Source: Epithemia pelagica
Taxonomy: Eukaryota > Protista > Bacillariophyta
Assembly (NCBI GenBank): GCA_946965045.2
Contig: OX337232.1
Span: 496,001-560,000, forward strand
Reading direction: 5' to 3'
DNA: 64,000 bases
The notes below the pieces were generated by a model, which had not been told where the DNA came from, made no database searches, and saw only the letters and a list, made by a program, of their open reading frames with translations. Position numbers and translations under genes: made by a program. This document shows, piece after piece, positions 1 to 10,952 of this stretch. The stretch's first letter is position 1. Every line of letters starts with the position of its first letter.

Positions 1-1
1 A

Positions 2-874
2 TTGGAACGATTGGTCTCCATGCCACGCATTGGCTTGTATACGGAATTGCGTCCCGCCATCGCAGACTGCTCCTCCTCCTCCTCATCATCATGGAGTAAT
101 AATAGGTTGTGGTATTATGGTCGAGGTCCGCATGAAAATTATCCCGACCGTCAAGCATCGACGGAATGGGGTGTGTTCGAAACCACACCATTCGACATGG
201 GTCATGACCAGTACATTGTGCCGGGAGAAAATGGATGTCGCTCGGACTGCGAATGGATTGCCTTTGGTGTTCCACCATCAGGGTCATCCAACGAGACAAC
301 ACATTGTGACGATGCCCGCAACAACAACAAAACCAACAACAAGGTGGATGGCTTGTTGATTGTTTCCACTTCGTCAAGTCGTTCCTCGTTGCAACCAGGC
401 AATGCTCCATGCAATAAGCCATCCGTCTTTCATTGCAGTGCATTGGTGCATTCCGCAGTGGATTTGGAAACCGCACATACCCATGCCGATTTGCAAACCT
501 TGACGGCCACATCCTTGAAGAATACTGCCACCGACCCTCCAACCACCACCACGACAGGATCGTCCGTGGTGTGTCTGTTGTTGGACGATCAACTCATGGG
601 TGTGGGGCAAGCCATCCGTGTGGGCAACGGTTCATCCGAGTATTGTTCGTATGTGGATCCCGACTGTCGCGTTTCTTTTTCGAGTGCTGCGGCTGCGGTG
701 TACGAGTATTCCATTGCCCTCTGTCCCCTGGTCGCCCCGTCCTCCCATCCGGACGACCGGTGGCTGGATCCATTCACTGTATCGTACGTGGCCCGAGCCG
801 TGGCAACGCACCACCATTGTCCGAAACTACTACAACAACGGCGATTGGGTACCAACCGCAGGAGCGGCAGCTGA
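2..874 (+). CDS. Beta-galactosidase (GH2), C-terminal small-chain domain; 5' part lies outside the window
   Basis: Motifs MPRIG, WYYGRGPHENYPDR, YIVPGENGCRSD and LDDQLMGVG match the LacZ/EbgA C-terminal beta-supersandwich, with low-complexity inserts; ends in TGA at 874. Confidence 0.85.
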   Translation: MERLVSMPRIGLYTELRPAIADCSSSSSSSWSNNRLWYYGRGPHENYPDRQASTEWGVFETTPFDMGHDQYIVPGENGCRSDCEWIAFGVPPSGSSNETTHCDDARNNNKTNNKVDGLLIVSTSSSRSSLQPGNAPCNKPSVFHCSALVHSAVDLETAHTHADLQTLTATSLKNTATDPPTTTTTGSSVVCLLLDDQLMGVGQAIRVGNGSSEYCSYVDPDCRVSFSSAAAAVYEYSIALCPLVAPSSHPDDRWLDPFTVSYVARAVATHHHCPKLLQQRRLGTNRRSGS

Positions 875-1449
875 GAACCGTGTGTGTACCATCCACTGGG
901 AACAGACTCCCAAAAAAGAGGGGGACGACGACAACAACAACGACAGTTGGAAACCACACAAAAAAGCACCACATCCAAACACTGCGCGCAAGGTCCCAAC
1001 ACGAAACAACAACAAAAACCGCGGCGACAACAGGACGATTCCCTCTCACATTCCGTTGTGGGGTTTTGTGGGTGTGGTGTCGTTCGGATGGATGACACCT
1101 CCACAGAATGCCGAGCCAGTGTTTCCCACACTCCATACAATAGACCACCCTGTGTGGGAAATGAATGTGGTTCGGCAACTGTGGACCAAAAGGAGGACAC
1201 CAAGACGCGCATCCTCAAAATAAGTCACCATCACACTCTCTCTATAATACGACAGAGAAATCCATTCCACGGTCCTGTTATCGAATGCTAATACTTACTA
1301 CCAGTGATTCTCCGTGGAGGATCCTATCATGGATCTAACCAAAATAGACAAAACATAATTGGTACCATAGACCGAGGAACTGTGCGTATATAGAAATCCT
1401 TGTTCCAACATGTGTGATATTTTGTGGATCCATATATGAGGAAGAAGAG

Positions 1450-2312
1450 GTGTGTGTGTCATTCCGGATCACACGGTGGAGCGGTCCCAACACAACGAAC
1501 CGTCGACGCAGTCCACGCGTGCTGTGGAAACAACCTACCTAGGTGGACCCAATAGTGTCCAAAAAGAGGAATCTGCCAATGGTGAGGAATCAACCGAGGC
1601 GGGTTCGCCGAAACTCGCCTCTTGTAATTCCTCGCCATTGGCAGCTTCCCCTTGTTGGACAATATAGTGGGTCCATCTAGGATATGTTTCCAGCTTTGTC
1701 TAGTGCAGCAGCACGATGATTCACGGCTGCAGGTACGGGTCCTTTTGTTCGGACAACGTTGGACCCGTTGGTCTGCTGAGACGTGCTGGCAGCATCAGTG
1801 TTGTTCCCGTCAATGCTTGACAGGCCCTGTTCTTGTTGGTCTTGACGTTTGACCTCTCCCACCGGAGGCGGTGGAGGCTGCCGTGCACGGAGTGCTTGAT
1901 CCAGTGCGGCGGATACCTCTGCTTGATCCGGCGGGTTTTCCGCAAGACTTGGCACATACGCCTGAATTGTGACAATAACCGAGGACCGCACAGCATCCAC
2001 ATCACCAAGAAGGGCATTGCGATAGTGGTCGATAAACCCAGTAGGCAACGAATTCACCCATTCTTCAAGGCTATTGTACTTGGTCACTTAGCGTGATTTT
2101 TGGTCGGACGTGGTGGTGGTGGCGACGGCCCTTTTCTGGTACGATACGTTGCTTCTCTGGACAGTAGTTGCGGAGCAGCTGGTGGTACTCGATCGAACCG
2201 TTCTCACATCGTCCGTGTCGTCGTCGTCGTCATTGTCTGCTGCTGCGTTCGGTTCGGAACGGACCTTGTCGTCGTCGTCCAACGGGCGATCCAGTAGTGT
2301 TTCCATCGACAT
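1450..2312 (-). pseudogene. Orphan family (DDTDD-RTVRSSTT family) copy 1, disrupted
   Basis: ATG at 2312 (MSMETLLDRP). Shares DDDTDDVRTVRSSTTSCSATTVQRSNVSYQKR and NPPDQAEVSAAL with copies 2-4. In-frame TAA at 2088-2090 (copy 4 has CCA), and a frameshift/stop near 1677. The 3' limit is approximate. Confidence 0.75.
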
Positions 2313-2892
2313 ATGATTCGGAGCGCAGCGACACGGAATGGAAAGAGTCGGCGCCTCCCTTTCGATTATAATATGTTTGTCTTGTTGCTTCCGTTGGATG
2401 GTCTTTGTTTGTCGGCGATTGTGGGTGCGGGATGCGGGAACTCTCTCTCCGCTCCCAAAAAAGCCACGTACGCGTTCGTTCGTTCGTTCGTTTCTGTCGT
2501 TCGGGACTCGGGACTGTCGTGCGTTACCTCTTTGAGGAGGGTCGCGCGGCGTGCGCCAACGACCGGTCGCTCCTCTAGCTAGGCTTGCTACCCGGAAAAG
2601 GTTTCTGGATGACAACGTACCCGGAGGTTGTGACCCCGGACGCCACAAAAAGGTCATTCCACATGGCAACACACCTCTCTCTCTTTGGATAGATACTATA
2701 CCGTATATTCGATTCGAGTGGTCGTCGTCCAGTTCATTGTGGTTCGGACGACACAAGCTCCAGTGTTGGAAGAAGAACAGAGTACTCGTATTGTACTGGA
2801 ATAGTAAAAGAGAGTGGAAGAAGAAGAAGAAAAAGGGCGAGGCCGTATAATATCGAATTGGTCGATCCATAATATAGTACCAAAAGATAAGA

Positions 2893-5800
2893 ATGAGTGC
2901 TTCTTCGCTCAACGCGAGCAACAAATCGATGGAAGGTGGTGGTGAACCATCCTCCGCACAATCGCAACCCTCCAAATTGGACGCTGGCAGTAGTGGCGAT
3001 GGAGATGGTTCCTCTCAACAACAACACTCCCAATCTCATCAACAACAACAACCCTTGAGCAGCGATGCCTTGCAACAACAACAGCCCAAAAAGCACAAGG
3101 AAGATGTCGTGACAGGCTTGGCCTTGACCTTTCCCAAAGGAACGACCGCGGTGGATTTGGATGCCGTTCCAGCGAGTGAAGTGGGGGTGCAGGATCCGAC
3201 GCCGTACTTGTCGGCCTTGCGCGACGATCATTCCAGTCTCCGATTGGTGACGCGAGCCTTGCAACATTGTTGTCAATTTGCCGGTCAGGGCAGTCAAGCC
3301 ATGGCCACCAATGAATCATATTTGTATTGTTCTTCGTCCGTCGTGCATGTTCCCAGTTATACCAAGGTGGTCTCGCAACATGTCATTGCCAGTATTACGG
3401 AATGTTTGCAACAACACAAGGATCGCACCTGTCGGATTTTGGCGGCCCAAACCTTGGCTCTGGTGGGACAAGCGGCCTATGCGCAATTGCGACCGAGTCC
3501 ATTGCTGGCCACCTTGCGGGATGCGACCGTCGTGGCGCGGTTGGAAGATGAAGTCGGAGCCGAATTGCCCACGGCTCTCATTACCGCCGTTTTGCAGGAA
3601 GACGACGATGGTGTCTCGTCGCATGCCTTGCAAGCCTTGGGACGCTTTTGGAATTTGCAAGTGCCCGATGCCAGTAGTGCCACATCGGTCGCTTCCTCCG
3701 CGACTTCGTTTGGCGCCGTGGTCCATCGGGCCTTGCGATCCTTGACGGCGCCCGGCGTCGCCGTCACGGCACCGACCGTCCAAGCCTTGGTCGATGAAGA
3801 TGTGAGTATTGTCGCGACGGAATTGGCCACGCGGTGTTTGCAAACGGTCGTGGTGCCCCGATTGTGGTCCGTCGTGGAACGTGTCGTTCGGTATACCAAT
3901 CCCCTCGCCCTGGCGCGGGCCATTCCCGTCGTGACGGCCGCCCTCTGTTTTGCCTGGCAAACCTCGCAGGGACAACTCTTTGGCATGACGCGACACGTGC
4001 ATGCCAAACAATGGTCGACCGTCCATGCGGCCGAAATGGTACAAACCTGGGTCCACGCGGTCCTACTGCCCACCTTGCAACAAGCCGTGCAGGGTCATGT
4101 CTTGTGGACAACCGCCTTGGCCGCCTTGCAACTCGTCCAGGCCGGCAGTTTGATTGGACCGGCACCGCCCACGTGGACGACCACACTGGGCAAGAGTATT
4201 TGTCACGTGCAACACGAAGCCTTGACGGCAACACCCCTGTCGTTGCAACACAAGTTGCATGGAGTGGCCACCATTCTCGTGGCCAGTCGGACCGTACCCT
4301 TTCCCGAACGCTGTCCCCTCCTCTTTCCCTTGGTGGAACTGGTACTGGCCTTGCCCAGTACCACGCGCGTCCCCCTCGGTGTCCTGTCACCCGGTCTCGT
4401 CTTGCCGGAATATACCAATCATGCCGCGGCGACACGAAAATCCAATTCCTCCAACAACAACACTACTAGTAGTAGTAATACGTGGTTGGTCCAAGATGCT
4501 CGGTTGGGACATCATACGCGACGTCCCACCCGCATTCCCTATTGGACCGAATTGGCATTGAGTTTTTTTCTCGATGGTCCCACACCCTCCCGCGCCGATT
4601 TGACTTATACCCAAACCGCCGCCACAGCCGCGGCCGCCGCTGGTCCCTCGAGCAGTGCCGCGGCCAGCAGTATTCATGGGACCAAACAAACGGCCGCGGC
4701 GACCGCTGCCACGGCCGCGGCCGGGGGAGGACGGCCCGAAGCGCTCAAAAAGTTTTTTCATTTGGCTACCGTGTCCAGTGTCATTTCCGATGCTTCCTTT
4801 TCAAATGCCCGGTCCACACCCCTCTTACCCCGCGATGAATTGCTCGTGGCCTTTACGACCGTTGCCATTGCCTGTGGACGACGCTTTCGAGGAGGACCCG
4901 TCGATCCCACGCGAGCCGCCGCCGCGGCAGCCAGTGCCACCACAGCCGCGGCCGTGTCCTGGCCCTTGACCGATCCCAGTGCACCCGCTGTCGAAGAATG
5001 GTTGCAATTGTCCTGGATTGTCTTGACCGCCTTTGTGCCCTGTGTCAATATGCCACCCTCCCCACGCAAGGCGTCGTCCAATAACAATAATACCAACAAC
5101 AACAATGCTCCCACATATTTGGAGGAAGATTTGAGTTTGAGTACAGCGGGGTTGACCCTCTATGTCCAATTGTTGCAAGAATATTTGCATTTTGCCGGAC
5201 TCTTGCATCCCGGATCGTCCGTGGCACTCAAACTCGTGGCCAATGCCTGTCCACCGCACTTGTTGTGGGATCAATTGTCCGAATCAGCCTCCTTTTTGGC
5301 TCGTCTCGAAGCCGTCGATATGGGTTTGTTGGACAATACGACCAAATTACTCAATGAAATTGTCTCGCGCGAAATGACCAAGAGTGGAGGAATTCCCTCT
5401 CATCACATGAGACTCTTTTGCCTCGCCTTGGCCTCCGATCATTGGATGCAAGGACGCGTCGCCGCCATTCGCAAACAATTTGAATCCACGGGAGGATTTG
5501 GCGGAGGCAACAGTTCGCATAGCAATTCCAGTGGCAATCACAGCAACAGCATTCCACCCTTGGATGCCGCCTCGGCCCGGGAAATTATCTTGGCCCTCAG
5601 TCCGAAACGCATCTTGACCAAAATTTTTCAAGCTCATGTTCCACCCGTCGATGCCGAAGGGAAAAAGAAAAAGGATCCCATCAAACGCTTGACCGTCGAG
5701 ACGGTACGCGTATGCGTGGCTTGTATTGAAAACATTGCCCTCATTGCCTGCGATTGGCGCAAACGATTTCCACCCACGGCGGCCAATAGCAACTCGGCGC

Positions 5801-7377
5801 AACAACAAGAGCCCAAACATGTCGTGTCCGTCGCCGTCGGTGTCTTGCAAGGCAAGGTGGATGAAACTCCCATGAATGAGACGATTAAAACAATCATGGC
5901 CCCCATTTGTGAGGCAGCCGTAAGTCGGATTCAATCCTTTTACGAATCCGATTTGGGCGGTCAAGATTCCTTTCCCGCTTCGGAATTGGTGATGCAAAAT
6001 GTCAAGACCAAAATCAAACCCTTGGTGTCGTCCTCCTCGTCTAAACCACCCATTATTACCAAGGACGATTATGCTCGTGGCTACTTGATGCAATTGTGTC
6101 GCTCCCTCGTGCAGAGTTTGGCCGAACAAGCGGTTCATTCCTTGCCACCCACCGATACCGAAGGCACCCGTCCGGCTCGATCGACCAATTGGTTGCGGTT
6201 GGTCGTGCCACCACCCATTATGGCCGAATCGCGCGATGGACGTGTCTTGGGACATCGCCTACCCACGACGCATCAATCGTTTGGCTCTACGGCCCAGGTC
6301 GTTTCGGCCGGATCCGATCCGGTGGCCCTCCTCGTGGCCTATACACCGCGACGCTACTTTCGACACGATGGAGAAGATGAATTTCGAACCACCATTCTCG
6401 TACATGTCTACAATACAACCAATTTCGAATTTACCGATGGGTTACGATTGGAATTGGCGCTGGTGAATCAAGGGGAATACCATTTTGATCATGATCCCAT
6501 GATGGAACAAGATGTCTTGAAACGAGCCGTCATGGAATCACTGGGACTGAGCGAAGACGATCTCGTCCAGCCACCTTTGACATCGGCCTCGGTCGTGTGT
6601 CAACAAGAATTGACGCCGGGCGAATACTTGTCCTGGGAAGTCGCTTTGGATCAAATTCCGATCGGAGAAGGCATTTGTGTCATTCCCTCCGTGACCTTTC
6701 CCAATGTTCCCAAGGAACCTGTCGATTCGGGTGCCAAATGGATGGGGGAAGCCAAACCGCAAAGTGGCGATTCCAGTACGATTAATACGGGTGGAGGCGA
6801 AAGCACTGGTGGGAATCCAGGCGGAGAAGATGACTTTCAAGTCACAACGGGCGATGGTGGTCGTCGTGGTGTCAAAGATACTGAACCACCGTCGGAACCC
6901 GTTACCATTGTGGGAGAAGCCATGCCCTTGCCGCCCATGATTCAAATGCAACCTTGCCCGCTCATCTTTTTGCGGGATCGATGGGGCGATATGGATGCCT
7001 TTCGACTCTTGTGGTTCCGCCTGCCCTATCATGTCCCGGAAATTCCATTGGCCCTGGCACGAAACAAGGACGACATGGGTCATTTTGACAACAAGGCCAA
7101 TCATTTAATGCGAGCCTTGGCCAACATGTCTAGTTTGGTGTGGAATGGCGAGGCTATTCCGGGTGGCTATGTGACGCGTGCCTGGGCCTTTTCCACCCTG
7201 TATGGACAACGCATCTTGGCCGTCTTATCGGAATCGGATAGCGACAAGAAATTGGCCTTGCATTTCCGCGGCGACGATCGTCATGTCCTCTATGGACTCG
7301 TAGGACCCCTCCGCAACCGACAACGGGTCGTGGCGGCACTCACCCCGGAATTTGAACCAGTTCAACTGTTGGATTAG
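2893..7377 (+). CDS. 1494-aa HEAT/ARM trunk plus appendage protein, TPLATE (TSET beta subunit)-like; beta-COP/AP-5 beta superfamily
   Basis: Intronless ORF. N-terminal ITECLQQHKDRTCRILAAQTLALV and DDDGVSSHALQALGRFW resemble the TPLATE trunk as recalled. C-terminal AGSDPVALLVAY...ILVHVYNTT...LRLEL and EPVTIV...FRLLWFRLP resemble the TPLATE/beta-COP appendage. By-eye alignment only. Confidence 0.6.
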   Translation: MSASSLNASNKSMEGGGEPSSAQSQPSKLDAGSSGDGDGSSQQQHSQSHQQQQPLSSDALQQQQPKKHKEDVVTGLALTFPKGTTAVDLDAVPASEVGVQDPTPYLSALRDDHSSLRLVTRALQHCCQFAGQGSQAMATNESYLYCSSSVVHVPSYTKVVSQHVIASITECLQQHKDRTCRILAAQTLALVGQAAYAQLRPSPLLATLRDATVVARLEDEVGAELPTALITAVLQEDDDGVSSHALQALGRFWNLQVPDASSATSVASSATSFGAVVHRALRSLTAPGVAVTAPTVQALVDEDVSIVATELATRCLQTVVVPRLWSVVERVVRYTNPLALARAIPVVTAALCFAWQTSQGQLFGMTRHVHAKQWSTVHAAEMVQTWVHAVLLPTLQQAVQGHVLWTTALAALQLVQAGSLIGPAPPTWTTTLGKSICHVQHEALTATPLSLQHKLHGVATILVASRTVPFPERCPLLFPLVELVLALPSTTRVPLGVLSPGLVLPEYTNHAAATRKSNSSNNNTTSSSNTWLVQDARLGHHTRRPTRIPYWTELALSFFLDGPTPSRADLTYTQTAATAAAAAGPSSSAAASSIHGTKQTAAATAATAAAGGGRPEALKKFFHLATVSSVISDASFSNARSTPLLPRDELLVAFTTVAIACGRRFRGGPVDPTRAAAAAASATTAAAVSWPLTDPSAPAVEEWLQLSWIVLTAFVPCVNMPPSPRKASSNNNNTNNNNAPTYLEEDLSLSTAGLTLYVQLLQEYLHFAGLLHPGSSVALKLVANACPPHLLWDQLSESASFLARLEAVDMGLLDNTTKLLNEIVSREMTKSGGIPSHHMRLFCLALASDHWMQGRVAAIRKQFESTGGFGGGNSSHSNSSGNHSNSIPPLDAASAREIILALSPKRILTKIFQAHVPPVDAEGKKKKDPIKRLTVETVRVCVACIENIALIACDWRKRFPPTAANSNSAQQQEPKHVVSVAVGVLQGKVDETPMNETIKTIMAPICEAAVSRIQSFYESDLGGQDSFPASELVMQNVKTKIKPLVSSSSSKPPIITKDDYARGYLMQLCRSLVQSLAEQAVHSLPPTDTEGTRPARSTNWLRLVVPPPIMAESRDGRVLGHRLPTTHQSFGSTAQVVSAGSDPVALLVAYTPRRYFRHDGEDEFRTTILVHVYNTTNFEFTDGLRLELALVNQGEYHFDHDPMMEQDVLKRAVMESLGLSEDDLVQPPLTSASVVCQQELTPGEYLSWEVALDQIPIGEGICVIPSVTFPNVPKEPVDSGAKWMGEAKPQSGDSSTINTGGGESTGGNPGGEDDFQVTTGDGGRRGVKDTEPPSEPVTIVGEAMPLPPMIQMQPCPLIFLRDRWGDMDAFRLLWFRLPYHVPEIPLALARNKDDMGHFDNKANHLMRALANMSSLVWNGEAIPGGYVTRAWAFSTLYGQRILAVLSESDSDKKLALHFRGDDRHVLYGLVGPLRNRQRVVAALTPEFEPVQLLD

Positions 7378-8275
7378 ACCTCCTTCTTTTGTTGTGTTCT
7401 TTTGGATGAAGGATTGCCTTTTGGCGTTTTCAAGAATCGCACAGAAATTTTTGCACTTTGGATCCTACAGATCTATAAAGCTGTGTTGGGAAAGCCCTTG
7501 TTGGGAAGTTGACTCTCCTTTGTGGGACAGAGGAGGAGGATGATGAAGACTGCTTGTCGCTGGTACGCTTTGTATTCCGTGATTCTGAATGGCATCCCTC
7601 ATTCATCCTCGATGACATGGTGGGAAAAGCGAATGTCCAAAATCTACCATTGCGATTGAATATGGTATGGTCCGTGACTGCGAAAAGGCTCCAGAAATGT
7701 TTTGGACCAAATGGTTATTGCTGGTATACGGTACCACGAACGTTCTTGTACCAAAACAGTCCACGGAGGACTCTCTCTATCCGTAATCCATCCGTAATCC
7801 TTGTACATGATTTCTATATGCACATTGGTGCACCAAGGTATCGTCTACCTCTCGGTCTATGCTACGAATGATGTTTCTTCTATTATATTCTTTCACAATC
7901 AATCATGATCTTCCCCGGAGAATCACCAATGGTAGTAGTAGTATCGTAGGACCGTCGAATGGATCACACATCAATGACGATTTGTCGTGGGCCGATCGTT
8001 GTCATCCGTTATCCGTGTCAGTGTCCTGTTGCACCCTATCTCCTCACCAAAGCGCTGTTTCTGTTTTCGCGGCACATGTCCTCTAAAAGAGGAGCGACCG
8101 TAGTTTGCGCACGCCGGGCGACCCTCTCAACACACGACAGAACCCGAACACGATCGAGCGGATTTCCCGCACCCCGCCATCACACAGACCAAAAGACCAC
8201 AAACGAAGCAAGGCAAACATCCGAACAAGGGGGAGGCGCCCACTCCTTCCATTCCTTGGCGCTGCGCTCCGAATC

Positions 8276-9190
8276 ATGTCGATTCCAACACAACTGTATC
8301 ATCCGTCGGATGACGACGACGACGACAAGGTCCGTTCCGAACAGCAAGCAGCAGCAGACACCGACGACGACGACGACACGGACGATGTGAGAACGGTTCG
8401 ATCGAGTACCACCAGCTGTTCCGCCACCACTGTCCAGAGAAGCAACGTATCGTACCAGAAAAGGGCCGCCGCCACCACCACCACTACCATGTCCGACCAA
8501 AAATCACGCCACCAAGCAACCCAGTACAACAGCCTTCAAGAATGGGCAATTTCTTTGGATTCTGACAAGTATATCCACGACCTTCGCGATGGACTTGATG
8601 ATGATGCTGGGCGGTCCTGGATTCTTGGTACAGTTCTGTCGCGTGTGCCAAGTCGTAAGAACAACCCGCCGGATCAAGCAGAGGTATCCGCCGCATTGGA
8701 GCAAGCACTCTGTGCACGTCAGCCCGTACCGCCTCCTCTTGTGCTTCAAGACATGATTCGACCCCCAAAACCAGGACTGTCGAACCTTGGTGAGGAGACC
8801 AACGCTAATACGGATGCAGACAGCACGTCCCTGCAGACCAACGGGTCCAATGCTGCCGGAGGAGACGGAAGCGTCATGGCAGCCATGGAGCTTGGTGGTG
8901 CTGCTTCTGGAGCTGCTAAAGCTGCAAACATCCCAGATGGACCCAACAATAGTGTCGACCAAGTGGAATCATCCGCCCACGAGGAGACGACAACATCCGA
9001 GGCGGGTTCCTCCGAACGGGAACCGGAGCAAAATGCCCATGGTGCAAAGCGCAGCAAGGTAGCACGGACAGTTTGCTCCTGTTTTCGATCGGATGAACCC
9101 GCCTCTAGTAATCCGAAGAATAATGACGACGACGATCGCAAATACAAGAAGCAATGTCGGAAACAAGGATCTAGGTGGGGCCAAGAGTAA
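8276..9190 (+). CDS. Orphan family copy 2 (disordered N-terminus, ~65-aa helical core, basic C-terminus)
   Basis: Open frame from ATG 8276 (MSIPTQLY); paralogous to 9431-10216 and 12384-13148. Confidence 0.7.
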   Translation: MSIPTQLYHPSDDDDDDKVRSEQQAAADTDDDDDTDDVRTVRSSTTSCSATTVQRSNVSYQKRAAATTTTTMSDQKSRHQATQYNSLQEWAISLDSDKYIHDLRDGLDDDAGRSWILGTVLSRVPSRKNNPPDQAEVSAALEQALCARQPVPPPLVLQDMIRPPKPGLSNLGEETNANTDADSTSLQTNGSNAAGGDGSVMAAMELGGAASGAAKAANIPDGPNNSVDQVESSAHEETTTSEAGSSEREPEQNAHGAKRSKVARTVCSCFRSDEPASSNPKNNDDDDRKYKKQCRKQGSRWGQE

Positions 9191-9430
9191 CATTAAACTA
9201 CCTAGAACGAATCTGGATTACGGTACAATGTGATTGGGTATTCGGCTAGGACCCAGCGCATCCTGCGCACGGCGGCTTTTTCTCAAGTTTTCAAGCAAAC
9301 ACACACACGCCCGGGGCACATCGACGACACAATCAGTACCCCCAACCACAGCACAAGAGCACGAGACCAGCAACACAAGCAGAAAGGGAGGCGCCGAAAG
9401 TCATCCACTCAATTCATTGTCGCTCTCATA

Positions 9431-10216
9431 ATGTCGATTCAAACACAAATTTATCGCCCTTTCGACAAGGTCCCTTTCGACAAGGTCAGCCACCGTTCCG
9501 AACAGGAAGCAGAGGAGGACGACGACACGGACGATTTGAGAACGGTTCGATCGAGTACCACCAGCTGCTCCGCAACCACTGTCCAGAGAAGCAACGTATC
9601 GTACCAGAAAAGGGCCGCCACCACCACCACCACCATCATGTCTGACCCAAAATCACGCCGCCAAGAAACCCAGTACAACAGCCTTCAAGAATGGGCAAAT
9701 TCTTTGGATTCTGACAAGTATATCCACTTCTTACGCGATGGACTTGATGATGATGCTGGGCGGTCCTGGATTCTTAGTATAGTTCTGTCGCGTGTGCCAA
9801 GTCGTAAGAACAACCCGCCGGATCAAGCAGAGGTATCCGCCGCATTGGAGCAAGCACTTGTTGCACGGCAGCCTCCACCGGGAGAGATCAATCGTCAAGA
9901 CCAAGAAGAACAGGGCCTGTCAAGCATTGACGGGAACAACACTGATGCTGACAGTACCTCTCAGCAAACCCACGGGTCTATCCGAACCCAAAACACCATC
10001 GGCGCAGTCAACGCGCTGGTCAGTCTTCGGGGTGTTGCAGGAAACAATCCTGGTGGACCCAATATTATAGTCCAAGAAGGAGAATCCGCCCATGCCGACG
10101 AATCAAAAGAGGCGGTTTCAGCTAACCAGGAACAGCAACAACCTGCCCGTGCTCCAAAGCGCAATGCTCCAAAGAATAATGAGGACGATAACAAAAACAA
10201 GAAGAAGTGTCCTTGA
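9431..10216 (+). CDS. Orphan family copy 3
   Basis: Open frame from ATG 9431 (MSIQTQIY); core YNSLQEWANSLDSDKYIH...PPDQAEVSAALEQAL. Confidence 0.7.
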   Translation: MSIQTQIYRPFDKVPFDKVSHRSEQEAEEDDDTDDLRTVRSSTTSCSATTVQRSNVSYQKRAATTTTTIMSDPKSRRQETQYNSLQEWANSLDSDKYIHFLRDGLDDDAGRSWILSIVLSRVPSRKNNPPDQAEVSAALEQALVARQPPPGEINRQDQEEQGLSSIDGNNTDADSTSQQTHGSIRTQNTIGAVNALVSLRGVAGNNPGGPNIIVQEGESAHADESKEAVSANQEQQQPARAPKRNAPKNNEDDNKNKKKCP

Positions 10217-10952
10217 TGAAAGAAAAACTATGAGTATCCTGAGTACTCCAAGGATCTAGATGGGGACGAGAGAATGACATAAAACTAAAACGAGTAGGGA
10301 TTACACTTTGGTACAACGTGATTCGGTACTGGGCTTTTGGAGTTGTTAGGACAGCGCATCCTCGTGTATCGTGACATTTGGTTCAGAGATGACAACACGA
10401 CACATCCAGAGAATGAAGGTTGATCCCTGCGAACGAATCGACAAAGTCCTCTCGTGTGGAAATAGTAGGAGCCAGCGCCGAACGTCGGTCGAGTATACAG
10501 AGTCATGAACGTTCCCAATAGTTCCATAGTCCAAGTCGGCTCCCTGCTCTCATCATGACACTTGAACAGAAGGGCCACCTTCCTTCTCGAACATGGCACT
10601 GCCAATTTCGATGGTTCCACGTATTGTTCTAGCTATAGAGAGATCTGGGGAAACATCTCATAGAGTCGGTGTCGGTAATAATGGAAGAGGCTTCCCCAGG
10701 TTCCGTAGGTTGGAACAAACGACGACGAAACTGTTTTCTAGGTTTGTTGTCTGAGTGACATACAAAATGCTCTAGTAGACAAGATGATTGAATAAATGCG
10801 AATGGTTCTCTGTCTCAATTTATATATTGTATGGCACTGAGAGACGATTCGGTTCGCTCGACTAAAGAATGGAGAGAGAGTGTGTTTGTGGTCGCCGCTG
10901 GCTGCTGGAATCATTTTTTTCTTTTTTTTTCTCTCTCTCTTTTTCGTTTGGA

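Noticed and set aside
30-7339. Many 60-300 aa ORFs antisense or off-frame to the beta-galactosidase and TPLATE-like genes; the same applies over the CDPKs and pol
   Set aside because: Shadow ORFs of GC-balanced coding sequence with no motifs; several use non-ATG starts.
10285-10620. Minus-strand ORF repeated at 13217-13498
   Set aside because: The similarity is explained by the recent tandem duplication; lengths differ and there is no recognisable domain.
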